Part shown: piece by piece, positions 39,320 through 52,064 of the stretch
How the letters are laid out: each line of letters begins with the position of its first letter
How positions within the stretch are numbered: position 1 is the first letter of the stretch
Notes under the pieces: model-generated
Database searches by the model: none
Seen by the model: the letters and a program-made list of their open reading frames with translations, nothing else
What the model was told of the DNA's origin: nothing
Source: Lama guanicoe
Lineage: Eukaryota
Length of the DNA stretch: 64,000 nt
NCBI GenBank assembly: GCA_013239625.1
Contig: MU056050.1
Location: 6,959,838 to 7,023,837, forward strand
Direction of reading: 5' to 3'
Translations under genes and position numbers: made by a program

Positions 39320-40100
39320 ATTCATTCATTCAGCAAATATCCTTGCCTCATGGAGCTTATAGTCTATAGAAGGGAGACATAATAAAAAGATTAATGAGTA
39401 AAATGTATAGTATGTTGGATGGTGACAAATGCTTTATAGATAAATAAAGCAGGGAAGAGGGATGGGGAAAATAGGGGCAGGGTCGTACACTGAGAAGGCC
39501 AAATTTGGTTGAAGTCTATAGGAGATAAGAGAAGGAGCCAGTCTAGGGTTAAAGCACATGTAAAGGCCCACAGGTGAGAGTGTGCCTGGAGTCTAATGTG
39601 ATGATTCAGGCAAGAAGTAATGGAGGCTTGGATGAGGGTAGTAGCAGTGGAGGCTGAGAAAGTGGTTGAAATTTGTATATTTGGAGCAGAGCAAATAGTA
39701 ACTTGCTAGAGAATAGGGTGTAGGTTGTAAGAGAGAAAGAACAGAGGTAAGGGTTACTCCAAGGCCCGAGCCACTATAAGGTCAGTATTGCCATAGAGAT
39801 GGAGAAGACTCTGAAAGGTACAGGGTTGGTTTTTTTTTCTTTTTTGAGGGGAAGAAATAATTTTGTTTTGTAAATGTTAGGTTTGAAGTGCCTATTAGAC
39901 TTTAATAGAGATGTGGAGTAGACAGTGAGACATAAGAAGTGTGAAGTTCAGGGGAGAGAGATGGCCTGGGGATGTATACTTGGAAATCACTAGCATATAG
40001 GTGGTGATACTGAATGAGATCACCAAGGGACTGAGTGTCAGTAGATATGAGAAGAGGTCCAAGAACTGAGCGTGGGACAGTCTAACATAAAACAGTTGTC
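39320..40100 (-). mobile_element. L2 fragment
   Basis: Begins cattcattcattcagcaaatat; purine-rich L2 antisense body. Confidence 0.7.
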
Positions 40101-43100
40101 TAAAAAAGGCCAATATTCTGGTGATAGAAAAAGAGTGAAGGGAGCATGGAGGGTAAATTATTTTCAATATAAAATGCAAAGAAGAAAAAGTTTGAAGTTG
40201 ATGAGATCTTAAGCCAAAATGCCAAAGCTTTAGGGATTGCTGCCTTTACAATAACCTTAATCATGGGCAGGTACTTCAAATGAAAGAATTTGACTTGTAT
40301 TTTTATTTTTGGTGTAGTATTCCTATCCTATCTTAGTCTTGGATTAATATAGTATCCCCCTCAGGTAACCAATATGATGAATAGAGTATTCTGATTGACT
40401 GAACACTAAGGGCTAACCCATTTCTGTAGTGAAACAGGCGACATTAAGGGTGCCTCAGCGAGTAGATAAGGGCTTGCCTCTTGTCACCTAACATTTGAAG
40501 GGGATTATTTCACATGTATGAAGAATTCAGTGTTTCACAAAATTCACCATAGTGTTCCCTTAAGTAACAGCTCCCTATTGTTTATTTGAATTGCAATTTT
40601 TGATTGAAAAATAACTTTAAGGGTATATCAGATGTGAAATAGATCCACCAGTGTCTTTTGAAGTTGATTGAGAAGGGGAATGTTTCAGAGTCAGTGAGTA
40701 CAAGGAAACAATCTTTAAAGGGACTAAGGACCTTGGTTGAAATCTTGTTTGTCAAGAACAAAACAAGACAAACTCTGTCCTGTCTGCTCAATTTATCTAG
40801 AAATCTAAACTGTTCTAAAAAAATAAAGTTGATTGATTTTTAAAGTTCTCAGAATTAAAGGGTAGTAACAGAAATGGTAACAAAGGCAAAAGATGAGAAA
40901 ACTTTCAACTTTTTTTTTCCTTTTTTTTTTTGTTGAGAGGCTAGAGCATGAGATGACTCAGATAAAACAGCACTTACATAGCTTTTATTATGTGCCAGAT
41001 ACTGTTCTAAGTGTATTTATAAAATTCTGTTTGCATCCTTTCAACCACCCTATGAGATAGGTGCTGTTCTTTTTCACAGATGAGAAACTGAGGACAGAAA
41101 GGTAAAATACTTTCCTAGGAAATGGCAGAGCCGGGATTCTAACCCAGGCAGTCTGGGTCATGAGCTCATATATTTATGTATAATTATGCTAGAGGTGTAC
41201 TGACTCAGCCTTGTCCGGGGTCACTTAAAGCTGATGACAGGTGAGCAGTAAAGAATATTGATTTCATTAATTCCCCTATTTTTATAGCACCCTGGGAGAA
41301 AGAAAGTCAGTAGTTGTTGTGGTTGGCCACACTTTGGCACTTAACTGTAATACTGGATTTAAATTATTTTCCTGGAGACATATGACTGCAAATATATCAT
41401 TTCCCTCTTATTCTCCACTTCCTGCTGCATCCCTGTCTTTCCTTTGTTGGCCTTTCTTCTCTGTGAACTCCTTCATCATTAGCTCACCCCTTCTTCCTCA
41501 GTCTAAGTGAGCACAGTTCATGCCACACAGAGCAACTTGTTGTACGTTATGTTATTTATTTATTGAATAATTTGGAATTATTGATACAGATGCCACTCGT
41601 TTGAAATTGAGTAACTTGGACATGGGGCTAGACTTCTCGCCCTCTCTCTTCAGTGCAAAGCAGTATGTTGATGGGCTTATGAACAAATTTAAGGGAGGAA
41701 TGATTAAACTTCTAAGCAGCCAATTATAAATACTTCTTTCCTGGTCACTAAGGCATATTACTTAAGAGATAATATTTTTGTTAGCCTAGCCCAGTCAGGT
41801 TATTGCATGTAAGTTAGAGTAATAAGGTTGCTTTAAAAAAGATCTTCATAGCTTCTCAGTTGGAATGGCCGCTTGTATTCACCTTAATTCCTAAGGTTTC
41901 AATAAAGGACATTTCTTCTCTCTAGTCTGTGTCTCAGCATCAGAATTCATTTGTATTTGGGGCTGTGCCTAACTCATTATAAACACTCTTCATGCATCCA
42001 TGGTGTTCCCATTTGTTTAGGAATTGTAAGGAAAACAATTTAACACATCATTGCATAAGGTTACTAAGGGACCTGGTAATCTTAAAGTAGTAGTTGGAAT
42101 TTTGGATTATGAGCCTGTTTTTCACATTTGAAATAACCTCATAGCCATTCAGCTCTAATTTCTTAGTTCAGTTTTCTTACTTTTTAAACCACCTCTGAGA
42201 TGACATGACACCAGTTTGCTTTTCCATAGGAAGTGCTTTAGTATTTACTGAATGGCTCTGTGGGCAAATCTGCAAAGTTATTTTGAGTGGTAAGAGCACA
42301 ATGAACAGTTTTGTAAGACAGCATGGCATTTCACTGGGCCAATGGCTGTTATCTCAGCGTGTTTATCAACTTTTTAGTGCTGTCATGTCAACACAGTCGA
42401 GACAGAACTGAAATTAATATGGATTTGTTAGAGTAAATGGGAAATACGATTCAGTCATGGAACTGTTGGGAAACAGACACCAAATAGAAGCAAACTTAAA
42501 AAAATTAAAGAGACTCTCCAACCACCTGGTCTTACATGATTTTAGCCCCTCCAGTGCTTTAGAGCAAATGAATCCTGCCTGCCCCATTGTGTAGAAGGCA
42601 TTTTGAGAAAACAGACTCTGAAACCCTTAGTGGCTGTGTTACTCGTTTCTAGGACTGCTCTTGAGAGGGCTCTTTGAGCCCAGTGGCTGGGCTGCTTATG
42701 GTCCCAACAGCGTGTGAATCCAGCGAGCATATGGCTGATTAGTAGCATGTTAAGCTCTCATGCACTTTACCTGCCACAGTGGATCCACTAGGTGGAGCAC
42801 TTCTTTCCCCGTCAGCAAGGCTGTGAGACTATGGTTTCCAGGCTTTAACTGTATCCAGACCAGGCTCCTGGCTCCATGTGATCATATTTTCATATTCTCA
42901 GGCCTACTTAGCATTTTACGGTATTGCACAAAGCAACTGACCTCAGAAAATTTCAAGAGTGCAAACACACTGAAATTGGTATTTATGACACAGTGCTGTA
43001 TTGAGTATGCAGTGGCCCTGTGATGGGTGTTCTTAAACTACTGTGTCCCGTTAGTCCACATTTCTAAATTTGTGAATCAACTCTAGCAGTAAGACGTATA

Positions 43101-43919
43101 ATAGGTTTTCTCTTGTGAAAAAGCAACTGGTTAACTGCACCCCCAGAATGGTTTATGCTTTTAGGAAGCCATGCACTTTTATTTCTTTGAGATATTCATA
43201 TCAGTGTGGTCTGTTCACTTATGGCTCACTTTTGACTTCTTATAGCAGATATCCTAGGGAAACATTGTACTTTAAGAAATGCCAGCAAAAGTATGAATCA
43301 AAATTCTTATAAGTGTTTAATATTCTTTGGCCTAGCAATACTACTTTAGAGAATTTATTCTAGGGAATTAAACAGACATGTTAAAGATTTTTACACAAAG
43401 GTATTTGCAGTAGTATTTTAACAGTGAGGAATTGGAAATAACATAAATGTACAACTACAGGGAAATGAATAAAATATTATATACTTATGTAGAAAATACA
43501 TGTAACCATTGTAAGTCGTGTTTTTGAAGAAAACAGTGACATGGGAAAATATGCACAGTATAATACCAAGTGAAGAAAACGGATGAAGGAGAGTAACAGT
43601 GATGATCTCTGGATGGTATAATTATGGATACTTTTATGATTTTCTGTATTTCTGAAATTCCTAAAAGGAACAAAAATTGCTTTTATAATCAGAAAAGAAT
43701 AATGAATATCATGTATACATCAGTATATATTGCTAAAAGAAATCCCAGCAAAGCTGGGGTAGTTTTAGCACCTAGCTCTCAGTAAATGTTTGCAGGGTAG
43801 ATAGACAGATGAATGGACAGATGAATGAATGAATGAATGACAGTTGACATTTGTAGGTACCATCATTGAGTTCATACGATTGCAGAAATAAATGAAGATT
43901 TATTAATTAAAAGCAGAAG

Positions 43920-44375
43920 ATTCCATACTACTCAGCCATTAAATTTTTTTAAAAGAATGAAATAATGCCGTTTGCAGCAACATGGAGGGGCCTAGAGATT
44001 ATCATAGTAATTAAGTAAGTCAGATAAAGACAGATATCATATGGTATCACTTATATGTGGAATCTAAAATATGATACAGATGAACTTATTTACAAAACAA
44101 ACAGACTCACAGACATAGAAAACAAACTTATGGTTACCAAAGGGGGAAGGGATGGGGAGGGACAAATTGGGAGTTTGGGATTAGCAGATACAAACTACTA
44201 CATATAAAATAGATAACAAGAACCTACTGTATATCATAAGGAACAATATTCAATATCTTGTAATAATCTGTGATGGAAAAGAATCTGAAAAAGAATATGT
44301 ATGTATTACTGAATCATTATGCTGTATACCAGAAACTAACACAACATACAAATCAACTATACTTCAATTAAAAGA
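43920..44375 (+). mobile_element. 5'-truncated artiodactyl L1 with 11-bp TSD
   Basis: TSD aaaagcagaag at 43909-43919 and 44376-44386 at a tt|aaaa endonuclease site; ORF2 end plus 3'UTR. Confidence 0.9.
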
Positions 44376-46155
44376 AAAAGCAGAAGGTTGTAGACGAGTC
44401 AGTAGTTTGAAGAATGACACAGAAGGTACCGAAGGAGTCACAAAATAAGTGAGTGGCTTATGGCAGCCGACAGTTTGGGTCTGACCTTGGGTCCATTGCT
44501 ATTATTGTTGCCCTGCTGTCGACACCATGTTTCCTCTTGTTCTGTGTGTCCTTCAAGTATCTCTCATGCCTGCTATTTTCACTGGTCTCTGTTCAATTTG
44601 GCCGGTGACTTAGCAAGTGAGGATGAAATCAAAAGTCACAAGTTCATTTCCCATGTGAACCAATGAACACGTCTCCATAGAGGGAGATAATATCCCAAGG
44701 CAAACTCTAGCTAGCCAGCCCTCTGAGATGGGCGTACTGGTCATATGGAGAAGCAGGAGCGTGTTGGTGGATCAGGGCAACCTGCCTCTTAATATCTGTG
44801 AGACCATTCAAAACGCCACTGTGCAGAGAACTGTGTGTTCTTATGTTCTTGAGAGTAGTCCTCTGAAACTGAGATGTGCTGAGCATAACATTAGCTAGCT
44901 GAGGATTTAGTATAAAACTTAGTCATGTCACAGTTTTTATCACAAATTCTCAATAAGCTGTTCATGGAAATTATAGATGGGACCAATTGACCTACATTCT
45001 GTTCTATGGGGTCTTAATATCTTTTGGCTATTTTGATCAATTGCCAAACAGGATCTGGCTTCTTTGCAAGTCCATTAGGAGACACCACTGGATGCGTGAA
45101 TGAAATCTAAATGTTTCCACTCTAGTGCATTCCATTATCTGTATAGACGCCTGTGTCAAAGAAAGCCATTAGACTCTTGCATAGCATTCTGTATCTCTGC
45201 TCTTGGTGGCTTATTAAACACAGTGTTCTTAATTGTGGTTACTCTTAAACCCAAGTGTATGATAACATCACCTAGTTTATATCTGCTCTGTCTTGATCCT
45301 GCTAAGGTATTAGATTAATGTTTGTCTTCTCCAGCCTGAGTCACCTCTCATCACTCATTTTTTAAAAACCTTACTCAGGGGTTGAGGAATGCATGTTTGG
45401 AGCCTAATTATCCTTGTCCTGGAAGTGATAATAGCTGCAGATGTGAAGGATTCCTTTAAATTGGTCAGCTGGATGTTTTATTCTTCAGGATTTTTAAGGA
45501 AGAGGGAGAGAACATTTCTGAGCATTAACAATGGGCTATAGTTTACTAGGCATTTTTACATACATTATCTGAGTTAATCCTCACAACTGGGCAAGGTAGG
45601 CATCATTACCCCAGTTTTACAAATGAGGAAACTGTGGCTTTGAGAATTTAAACGACTGAATCACAATTTTATTGGACCACAAAACCTATGATTTTTCCAC
45701 CGCACATACTGACTCCCAGGAATAGCAGGGATTTTTAGAGTGAACCTCATAAGACAACAATCAGCTGGCCTTCCCTCAGCTCTTGCCTTTCTCCTATAAC
45801 TAATTTCCATTCCACTTTGCTTGTGTTACCTTGGCAAGGTCAGTCCTTTGCAGCAAGGCTAGGAAATTAAGCTTTGAACCACCAAGAAGGAGGGCATTGA
45901 TGTGAGCCTGCTTTCAATTTTGTTCCCAAACCCAGTTACTGTGTGTTTTACTTAATCGCCAGTAACTCATAACCCAATCCAAGAGTGAGCCTTATTGCTG
46001 GCATAACTGGTACTTGCTAGGGGCTTAGTATTTCAAGGTATATTAGGTTCCATCGTCCACTCGAGGGCCAAAGAGTTCTTCAGTTTTGGTAACGTAAAGC
46101 TTACTATGGTGAAGGCAGGCACGGCCCTCCTGAGACAGAGTGGTAGAAGAAAAAC

Positions 46156-48095
46156 CTGCAAAAAGATCTACCGAAGGAGGGTCGATGTGTATTAGAAGAG
46201 ATCAGTGAGAAACAGGCCATCTGGGCTGAAGGTAGAGGGTGAAGAGAGGGACAAGGGAATTTTCTTATAAGTACCGCATACTAACCGATGGCGTGACTGG
46301 AGCTACCAAGGGAATTTTCAAGAGCATAGAAATTGAAAGAGGGGTGATCATTAACTTCTGAACAGCTGAGGAAAGCAAGCTGGGAGTTAATCTAAGATTG
46401 AAGGGGAATTAAAACCCAAGTGCAACACTTCATAGTGTGGTTTCCGTCCTTTTAAGAGGAGGGTGGCTTATTCCATACACTATACTATATACTATATCCA
46501 TATACTATAAATATTATAGTTTGAGATCTGAATGAAAACTGTCACAGGCCTCTTGGAATTATCTATCACACATTGGACTCAAATGCATCCTCAGGCCATC
46601 ATTTTAGAGATACCAAGGGGTTAACCTTCCAAGGTTGTTTTGGCACCAAATCCTGGACAAATTAATCCATACTGTTTGGGTTTCTTCTTGCCCTTTTTTA
46701 TTGCCCACTCAGCAGCTTTCTAGGAAGATAGCCTAGTTTAAGGCCTTAAGAGACAAACTTTTAGGATGGTACTTGTGGAGACCAGGAGGTTTAGGAAAGG
46801 GTGACAGAAAAGCTCAGGAAGGCTGAGCGTGGTTCCTGGGTTTCTTCTCCACACTGTCTTTGAATTTCTGCTGCCAGGATAGCCCAGAGGGAGCCTGAGG
46901 ATAATTCCCAGTTGCCAACAGTCATCTTCTGTACCTACAACAAAGGAGGATGAGGTTGGTCTCCTGGGCCATTTTGGAGGCATCCTCTTGCATAACTGAA
47001 TTTCTTAGGAAAATGCAAATTTGGGAGTAAATGGAAGAAGGTGTAGCTCTGAGGAGCAAAGTGGGTCCAGTGTGGAGAGCTTGGCAGAGCCTTTCTTGAT
47101 ATCTACCCCTCTTCCTCTTCCTTCCCTTCCAGTGTCTCAGAATTTGCGGATCAGCATCAGCATCAGTAAGCAGCTACAAGCAACACAAGAAGCGAGCTTA
47201 GGGGAAGGGGCACCACAGAGTTAGGAAGATGGTGGATTGGGAGGAGTAACAGCAGAAATAATCACAAGACAGGCCATTTGCCAAAGAAACACTGTTTTGA
47301 ACACCATGAAGGGTAGAAAAAGATAACCTTTAGAATCTAATTCAGGTTCCCACATTTATGCAACCTCACTACATAAAATGTGTTATTTACATCAGGGAGG
47401 GTAGGACTCCTTATTTTACGAAAGCAATCAGTACAGTAAGCAGTTAAAAAGAATAGAACCTCATTTCTCTAATGCTGTGCTGTCTAATATGGTAGCCACC
47501 AGCCACATGTAACTACTGAGCATTTGGAATATGGCTAGTTTGAATTGAGATACTCTGTAATGGTAAAATACACATCAGACTTCAAAGAATTAGCATGAAA
47601 AAACAATAGTGCAATAATCTTTTATATTACATGTTGAAATAATGTTTGGGATATATTGAATTAAGTGAAACATTAACATGAATTTTGCCTGTTTTTTTTT
47701 ACCTGTTTGAACATGGCTATTAGAACATTAAAAATCATACATGTGGCTTGCATTATATTTCTGTTAGACAGTGCTGCTCTAATGCATTTAAAAATAAGAT
47801 TTCATTTTTAAGAATCTTTTCAGTAGTATACTTCTTGCTTTAAGTAAGTGTTCCTGTACAGGAGAAACAGACTCATTGCAAAAGAAGGGCAGGGAGGAAT
47901 TGAGATTTGCAAATGGGGAAACTAATTCTAGATAAAAGTCAGCACCCTGACTCAGTTACCTCTCAGTCTGTGGTGAAGGGGGTGCAGAGGGTGGTCAGTT
48001 GCCAGAAGCAAGTGCTCTCGTTCCCCCAGCTCCATCTGATCTCCTAGTTGGGGCTCAGGGGAGGAAGAAGCACTTTGAAACTTGTCTGCCCTCAC
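46156..48095 (-). other. GPR119: Probable GPR119 3'UTR intron (~1.94 kb)
   Basis: Minus strand TAA GATG|GTGAGG donor 4 nt after the stop; candidate acceptor ctttttgcag|G at 46156/46155. The acceptor choice is inferred. Confidence 0.55.
47475..47776. mobile_element. MER33/MER3-like hAT-Charlie element with 8-bp TSD
   Basis: TSD ctctaatg at 47467-47474 and 47777-47784; termini ctgtgctgtc / gacagtgctg; core ggtagccaccagccacatgt. Confidence 0.85.
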
Positions 48096-48099
48096 CATC

Positions 48100-49107
48100 T
48101 TAGCCATCAGGTTCTGAGTAGGAGATGGTGGTGACGTGATGGGAACTTTCCCTGGACCCCTCTGGGCCACCATTCCTGGCCCAGAGAAGGAGGAGGAATG
48201 CGGTGAGCCCCTTCTTCACTCCCAGGGCCATTTGGGAGAACTGTTGCCGTACCTCCTTCTGCCAACAGGCATAAATGAGTGGGTTGAGCAGGGAATTGCC
48301 CACACCAATTAACCACAGGTACCGTTCCAGCACTAGGTAGAGGTGGCACTCCTGGCAGGCCACCTGCACCATGCTAGTGATAAGGAATGGGGTCCAGGAC
48401 AGAGTGAAGCTCCCAATGAGAACGGCCACAGTGCGGGCAGCCTTGAAGTCACTGGGAGTCTGTGGGGGCCGGTGAGCCCTGGCCATGGCTCCTGCGTGCT
48501 CCATTTTGTGGATCTGCTGGCTGTGCATGGAGGCAATCTTGAGCATGTCACAGTAGAAGAAGACAAAGAGGAGCAGGGCTGGGAAGAAGCCAGCACAGGA
48601 GAGGACCAGCACAAAGCGCGGGTGAAACACAGCGAAAAAGCTGCAGGGCGCCTTGTAGGTGGTCTGCTGGAACTCACGGACTCCAAGTGGGAGGAAGCCA
48701 ATGAGATAAGATACCATCCACAGCCCAGCAATGCTGGCCCCAGCCACGAGCCCATTCATGTGCTGGAAATAGCGGAGGGGCTGCTTAATGGCAAGGTACC
48801 TGTCAAAGGCAATCAGCATGACTGTGAGGACAGAGGCAGTTGCAGAGGAAGTGACAAATGCCATCCGAAGGCTGCACAGGGTCTTCTGTGTGGGCTGAGC
48901 TGGGCTGGAGAGCTGGTCTGTGATGAGGCCAGAGATGGCCACGCCAAACAAGGTGTCAGCCACAGCTAGATTCAAGGTGAAGCAGAGACCGACACCGTCA
49001 TTCTTGTGGATCAACCACAGCACAGCCATGGCCACTAGAGCATTAGCAACAATAATGAGGGAGGCCAGGACAGCAAGGATCACTCCAAATGGGAAAGATG
49101 ACTCCAT
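48100..49107 (-). CDS. GPR119: G protein-coupled receptor 119 (glucose-dependent insulinotropic receptor), 335 aa, intronless CDS
   Basis: [19 protein letters not shown]... with class A motifs NLAVAD, DRY, SWTP and NPLIY. The first ATG is at 49107; the ORF track start at 49131 is a GTG. Confidence 0.98.
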   Translation of the reverse strand: MESSFPFGVILAVLASLIIVANALVAMAVLWLIHKNDGVGLCFTLNLAVADTLFGVAISGLITDQLSSPAQPTQKTLCSLRMAFVTSSATASVLTVMLIAFDRYLAIKQPLRYFQHMNGLVAGASIAGLWMVSYLIGFLPLGVREFQQTTYKAPCSFFAVFHPRFVLVLSCAGFFPALLLFVFFYCDMLKIASMHSQQIHKMEHAGAMARAHRPPQTPSDFKAARTVAVLIGSFTLSWTPFLITSMVQVACQECHLYLVLERYLWLIGVGNSLLNPLIYACWQKEVRQQFSQMALGVKKGLTAFLLLLWARNGGPEGSRESSHHVTTISYSEPDG

Positions 49108-49675
49108 GTCTTGAAGTGGCAGGATTTCCACTCACCAGGGCATGCTGGCTCTCCAGCTCAAATTCTCATGGGTTGGAGGGGAAGGATTGGTATGTTCAGA
49201 GCTGCAGCAGGGTCCCGGCCATCGCTGGCAGTCCAGGATGACAGACTGCCGTCTCTGGGATCCTGCTGGTCATTAGGAATCACTCCCTCTCTCGTTTTCA
49301 GTCCTCAGCCTCTTGCCTCTCCAGCTATCTGAAGTCAGCAATCCCAGTGCAGACCTCTCCCTGGGCCCTGGGCTAGTCCCTCCTCCTCCGACAAGCAAGT
49401 TACTAGACAACTCCCAAGTACCTGGGGCATGTTGTTTCACCAGGCTCCCTCCCTTCACTGATGTTTCAAGGACTTTGTTTGGAGGGAATGGGGCCTTCAT
49501 CAGGTGGCCTGTCTGGTAGAAGATATAATTGAGTCTGATCACACTTTTTCTTCGTCCATAGCTTAATATTAAATGTCCACTTCTTTTCTTCCTAAGCCTC
49601 AGATACTAGCTTAACAACTAATCTCACATTAATTAAGTGTTTGCTTAATAACTGATTCTCAGTTACTATTATGGC

Positions 49676-50371
49676 TGCTTTTAATCAAGCAAGATGATCA
49701 TATTTGGTTGAAGTGGGAAGTAGGGCAGGCAAGCTATTTTAGGGCCCAGCATAGTTTCGAGGTAGTCACCACCCATTTAGGCTGTTTCTTATCTTTTGTT
49801 TCCTTGCTTTTTTTAAAAACATTTTTTAATTGAGTTATAGTCATTTTACAACGTTGTGTCAAATTCCAGTGTAGAGCACAATTTTTCAGTTATACATGAA
49901 CATACATATGTTCATTGTCACATTTTTTTTTCTGTGAGTTATCATAACATTTTGTGTATATTTCCCTGTGGTACACAGTGTAATCTTGTTTATCTATTCT
50001 GCATTTTGAAATCCCAGTCTGTCCCTTCCCAGCCCCGCCCCCTTGGCAACCACAAATTTGTATTCTTTGTCTATGAGTCTGTTTCTGTTTTGTATTTATG
50101 CTTTGTTTGTTTGTTTTTGTTTTTTTAGATTCCACATATGAGCGATCTCATATGGTATTTTTCTTTCTCTTTCTGGCTTACTTCACTTAGAATGACATTC
50201 TCCAGGGATATCCATGTTGCTGCAAATGGCGTTATGTTTCCTTGCTTTTAATCAAGCAAGATGATCATACTTGGTTGAAGTGGGAAGTGGGGCAGGCAAG
50301 CTATTTTAGGGCCCAGCATACTTTCAAGGGAGTCAACACCCATTTAGGCTGTTTCTTATCTTTTGTTTCCT
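49676..50371. repeat. 129-bp direct duplication (49676-49804 and 50243-50371) separated by an L1
   Basis: Manual alignment gives 6 mismatches and no indels. Confidence 0.95.
49812..50234 (-). mobile_element. Young (camelid-like) L1 3' end with 15-bp TSD
   Basis: TSD tgtttccttgctttt at 49797-49811 and 50235-50249; target is TTTT|AA. Confidence 0.9.
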
Positions 50372-51264
50372 AACACGTGAGATTCTAATTCTTTCAAATA
50401 GGGTGTTCTGGTCCCCTATTTCTCATCTCTTGGATCTTAATTAGTTGAGGATTCAGAAGGGCCGGAGAAACAAAAGAGAAAATCATTACTAGCTGCCATT
50501 CAGTTTAGAATAGAGCCCACTCCTGGTCTAAAGCTGCTGTCTGTTGGATATACTCATTGAGAACTTTTTCTGCACCACTTTGGGCCATGTCTCTGGTCAT
50601 GAGTTGTGACTACCAGCCTTGCCCTTTGTTGGTCCTGTAGACCTGAGGTATCGCTGGGACAGGAGAAGCGGCAGTGAGCTGCATTCTGGTAAGTGCCTGC
50701 TTGAATCTTTGGTTGTGGAATTTTCCATTTTCCAGAGGTTGAGTTAGGCCAGAGTGTGGCAGGATTGCTGAGGCAGGTGAGATGAGCCCAGGCAGGGCGG
50801 CTGTGCAGGTCACTTCTATTTTAGATTGTATATCCATTTGCTCGGGTACATTAGAACTAATCTTTTGCCCGCTACTCTCATCTTGGATACCAAGAAGAGA
50901 GGGGTGGTGAGCAGAGTGGTTAGAAGTTATTTACTCAGTTCAGGTGAGAGCACAAATGGGAAAGGTTAGTGTTTTAAGTGAGGGAGTGGAGAGCCAGGTG
51001 CAGAGTTGGAGGCAAACATATTCCAGGATGTTTTGACAGTCTGAGAGGGCCTTTGGCAGATATCTCTCCGACAAAGGATCAGAAAGGCTGTGGCGTGGGG
51101 ACTTGGTATTCAAGTTGCCAACCTGAAAACAGTTCTTATTCTTTGGAACATCCATTAGGAGGCTGGTTTTGGTTCCTTAGCACCTGGTCTAATTTTATAC
51201 CTGGATCTAAGGTGTGCTTTCCCCATCCCCCCCCCGTCCTTGATTCCATGCATGGAGTCAAGAT

Positions 51265-52030
51265 GGCCGTTTTCAAGCCCATGCTCAAACTCAAGAGCGC
51301 ATCAGAATCCCCTGGGGTGGGGGAAATTGTTAAAACCCAGATTCTTGGGCCTCACCCCCAGGTCTGGAGTAGGCCCAAGAATCTGCATTTCTAAAAAGTT
51401 CCCAGGTGATGCTGATGCTGCTGGTTCCAGGACCCTACTTGGAGAACCATCGCTCTAGTGAAAAGGTTCTTAACTTTCACTGTGCAGTGGAGTCACTTGG
51501 TGATTCCAAAACGACTGACGTTTGGGTCACACACCAAGGGATTCTGATGTGATTAGTCTGGGATGTGACCTCTGCATCTGGAATTTTAAAAGGTCCTCAG
51601 GTGATTCTAACATTCAGCCAGGGGTAAGAACCACTGTCCAATGGCAAAAGCGCAGGTTCTGGGGTCAGGACTACTGGGAGCCAGCCGGAAACTATTTCTG
51701 TGCTTTTGTTTGGACAAATGATTCACCTCTCTGACTTAGCTTTGGCTTCTTCATGTGCGACATGGGGACAATACATCTCAGCACCATGGGGATGATAAAA
51801 TGAGCTATGATGGATGTGAAAAGGCTTTGTGAACTGTGAAATGTCCCACAGGTATTTTTCTTGATTGTCTTCTAGCCGCTTGTTAATTAAAGGGTATATC
51901 AGATTGGGAACATTGGTATGACCTGAAAGCTTGGTATAACTGCAAATCTCAGGCCCTGCCTGAGACTTACTGAAGCACAGTCTGCATTTGAACAAGATTT
52001 CCAGGTGATCTGTATGCACATTAAAGTTGT
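51265..52030. mobile_element. Cluster of MER5-like hAT-Charlie elements
   Basis: atcagaatc...ctgcatttcta...ccaggtgatgctgatgctgctggt...gagaacca, plus similar units at ~51460 and ~51930. Confidence 0.7.
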
Positions 52031-52064
52031 CCTGTCCTCTCTTCCACCTTCAGATGCCTGATTG

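Noticed and set aside
46057..46070. Third CTCF-like motif CCACTCGAGGGCCA
   Set aside because: Mismatch at the highly conserved core A plus terminal mismatches; too weak.
48343..48969. 208-aa plus-strand ORF, and other overlapping ORFs, across GPR119
   Set aside because: Antisense and alternative-frame shadows of a GC-rich coding exon; no recognisable domain or promoter.
49108..49131. 8-aa N-terminal extension of GPR119 in the ORF track
   Set aside because: It starts at GTG; the first in-frame ATG at 49107 gives the canonical 335 aa.
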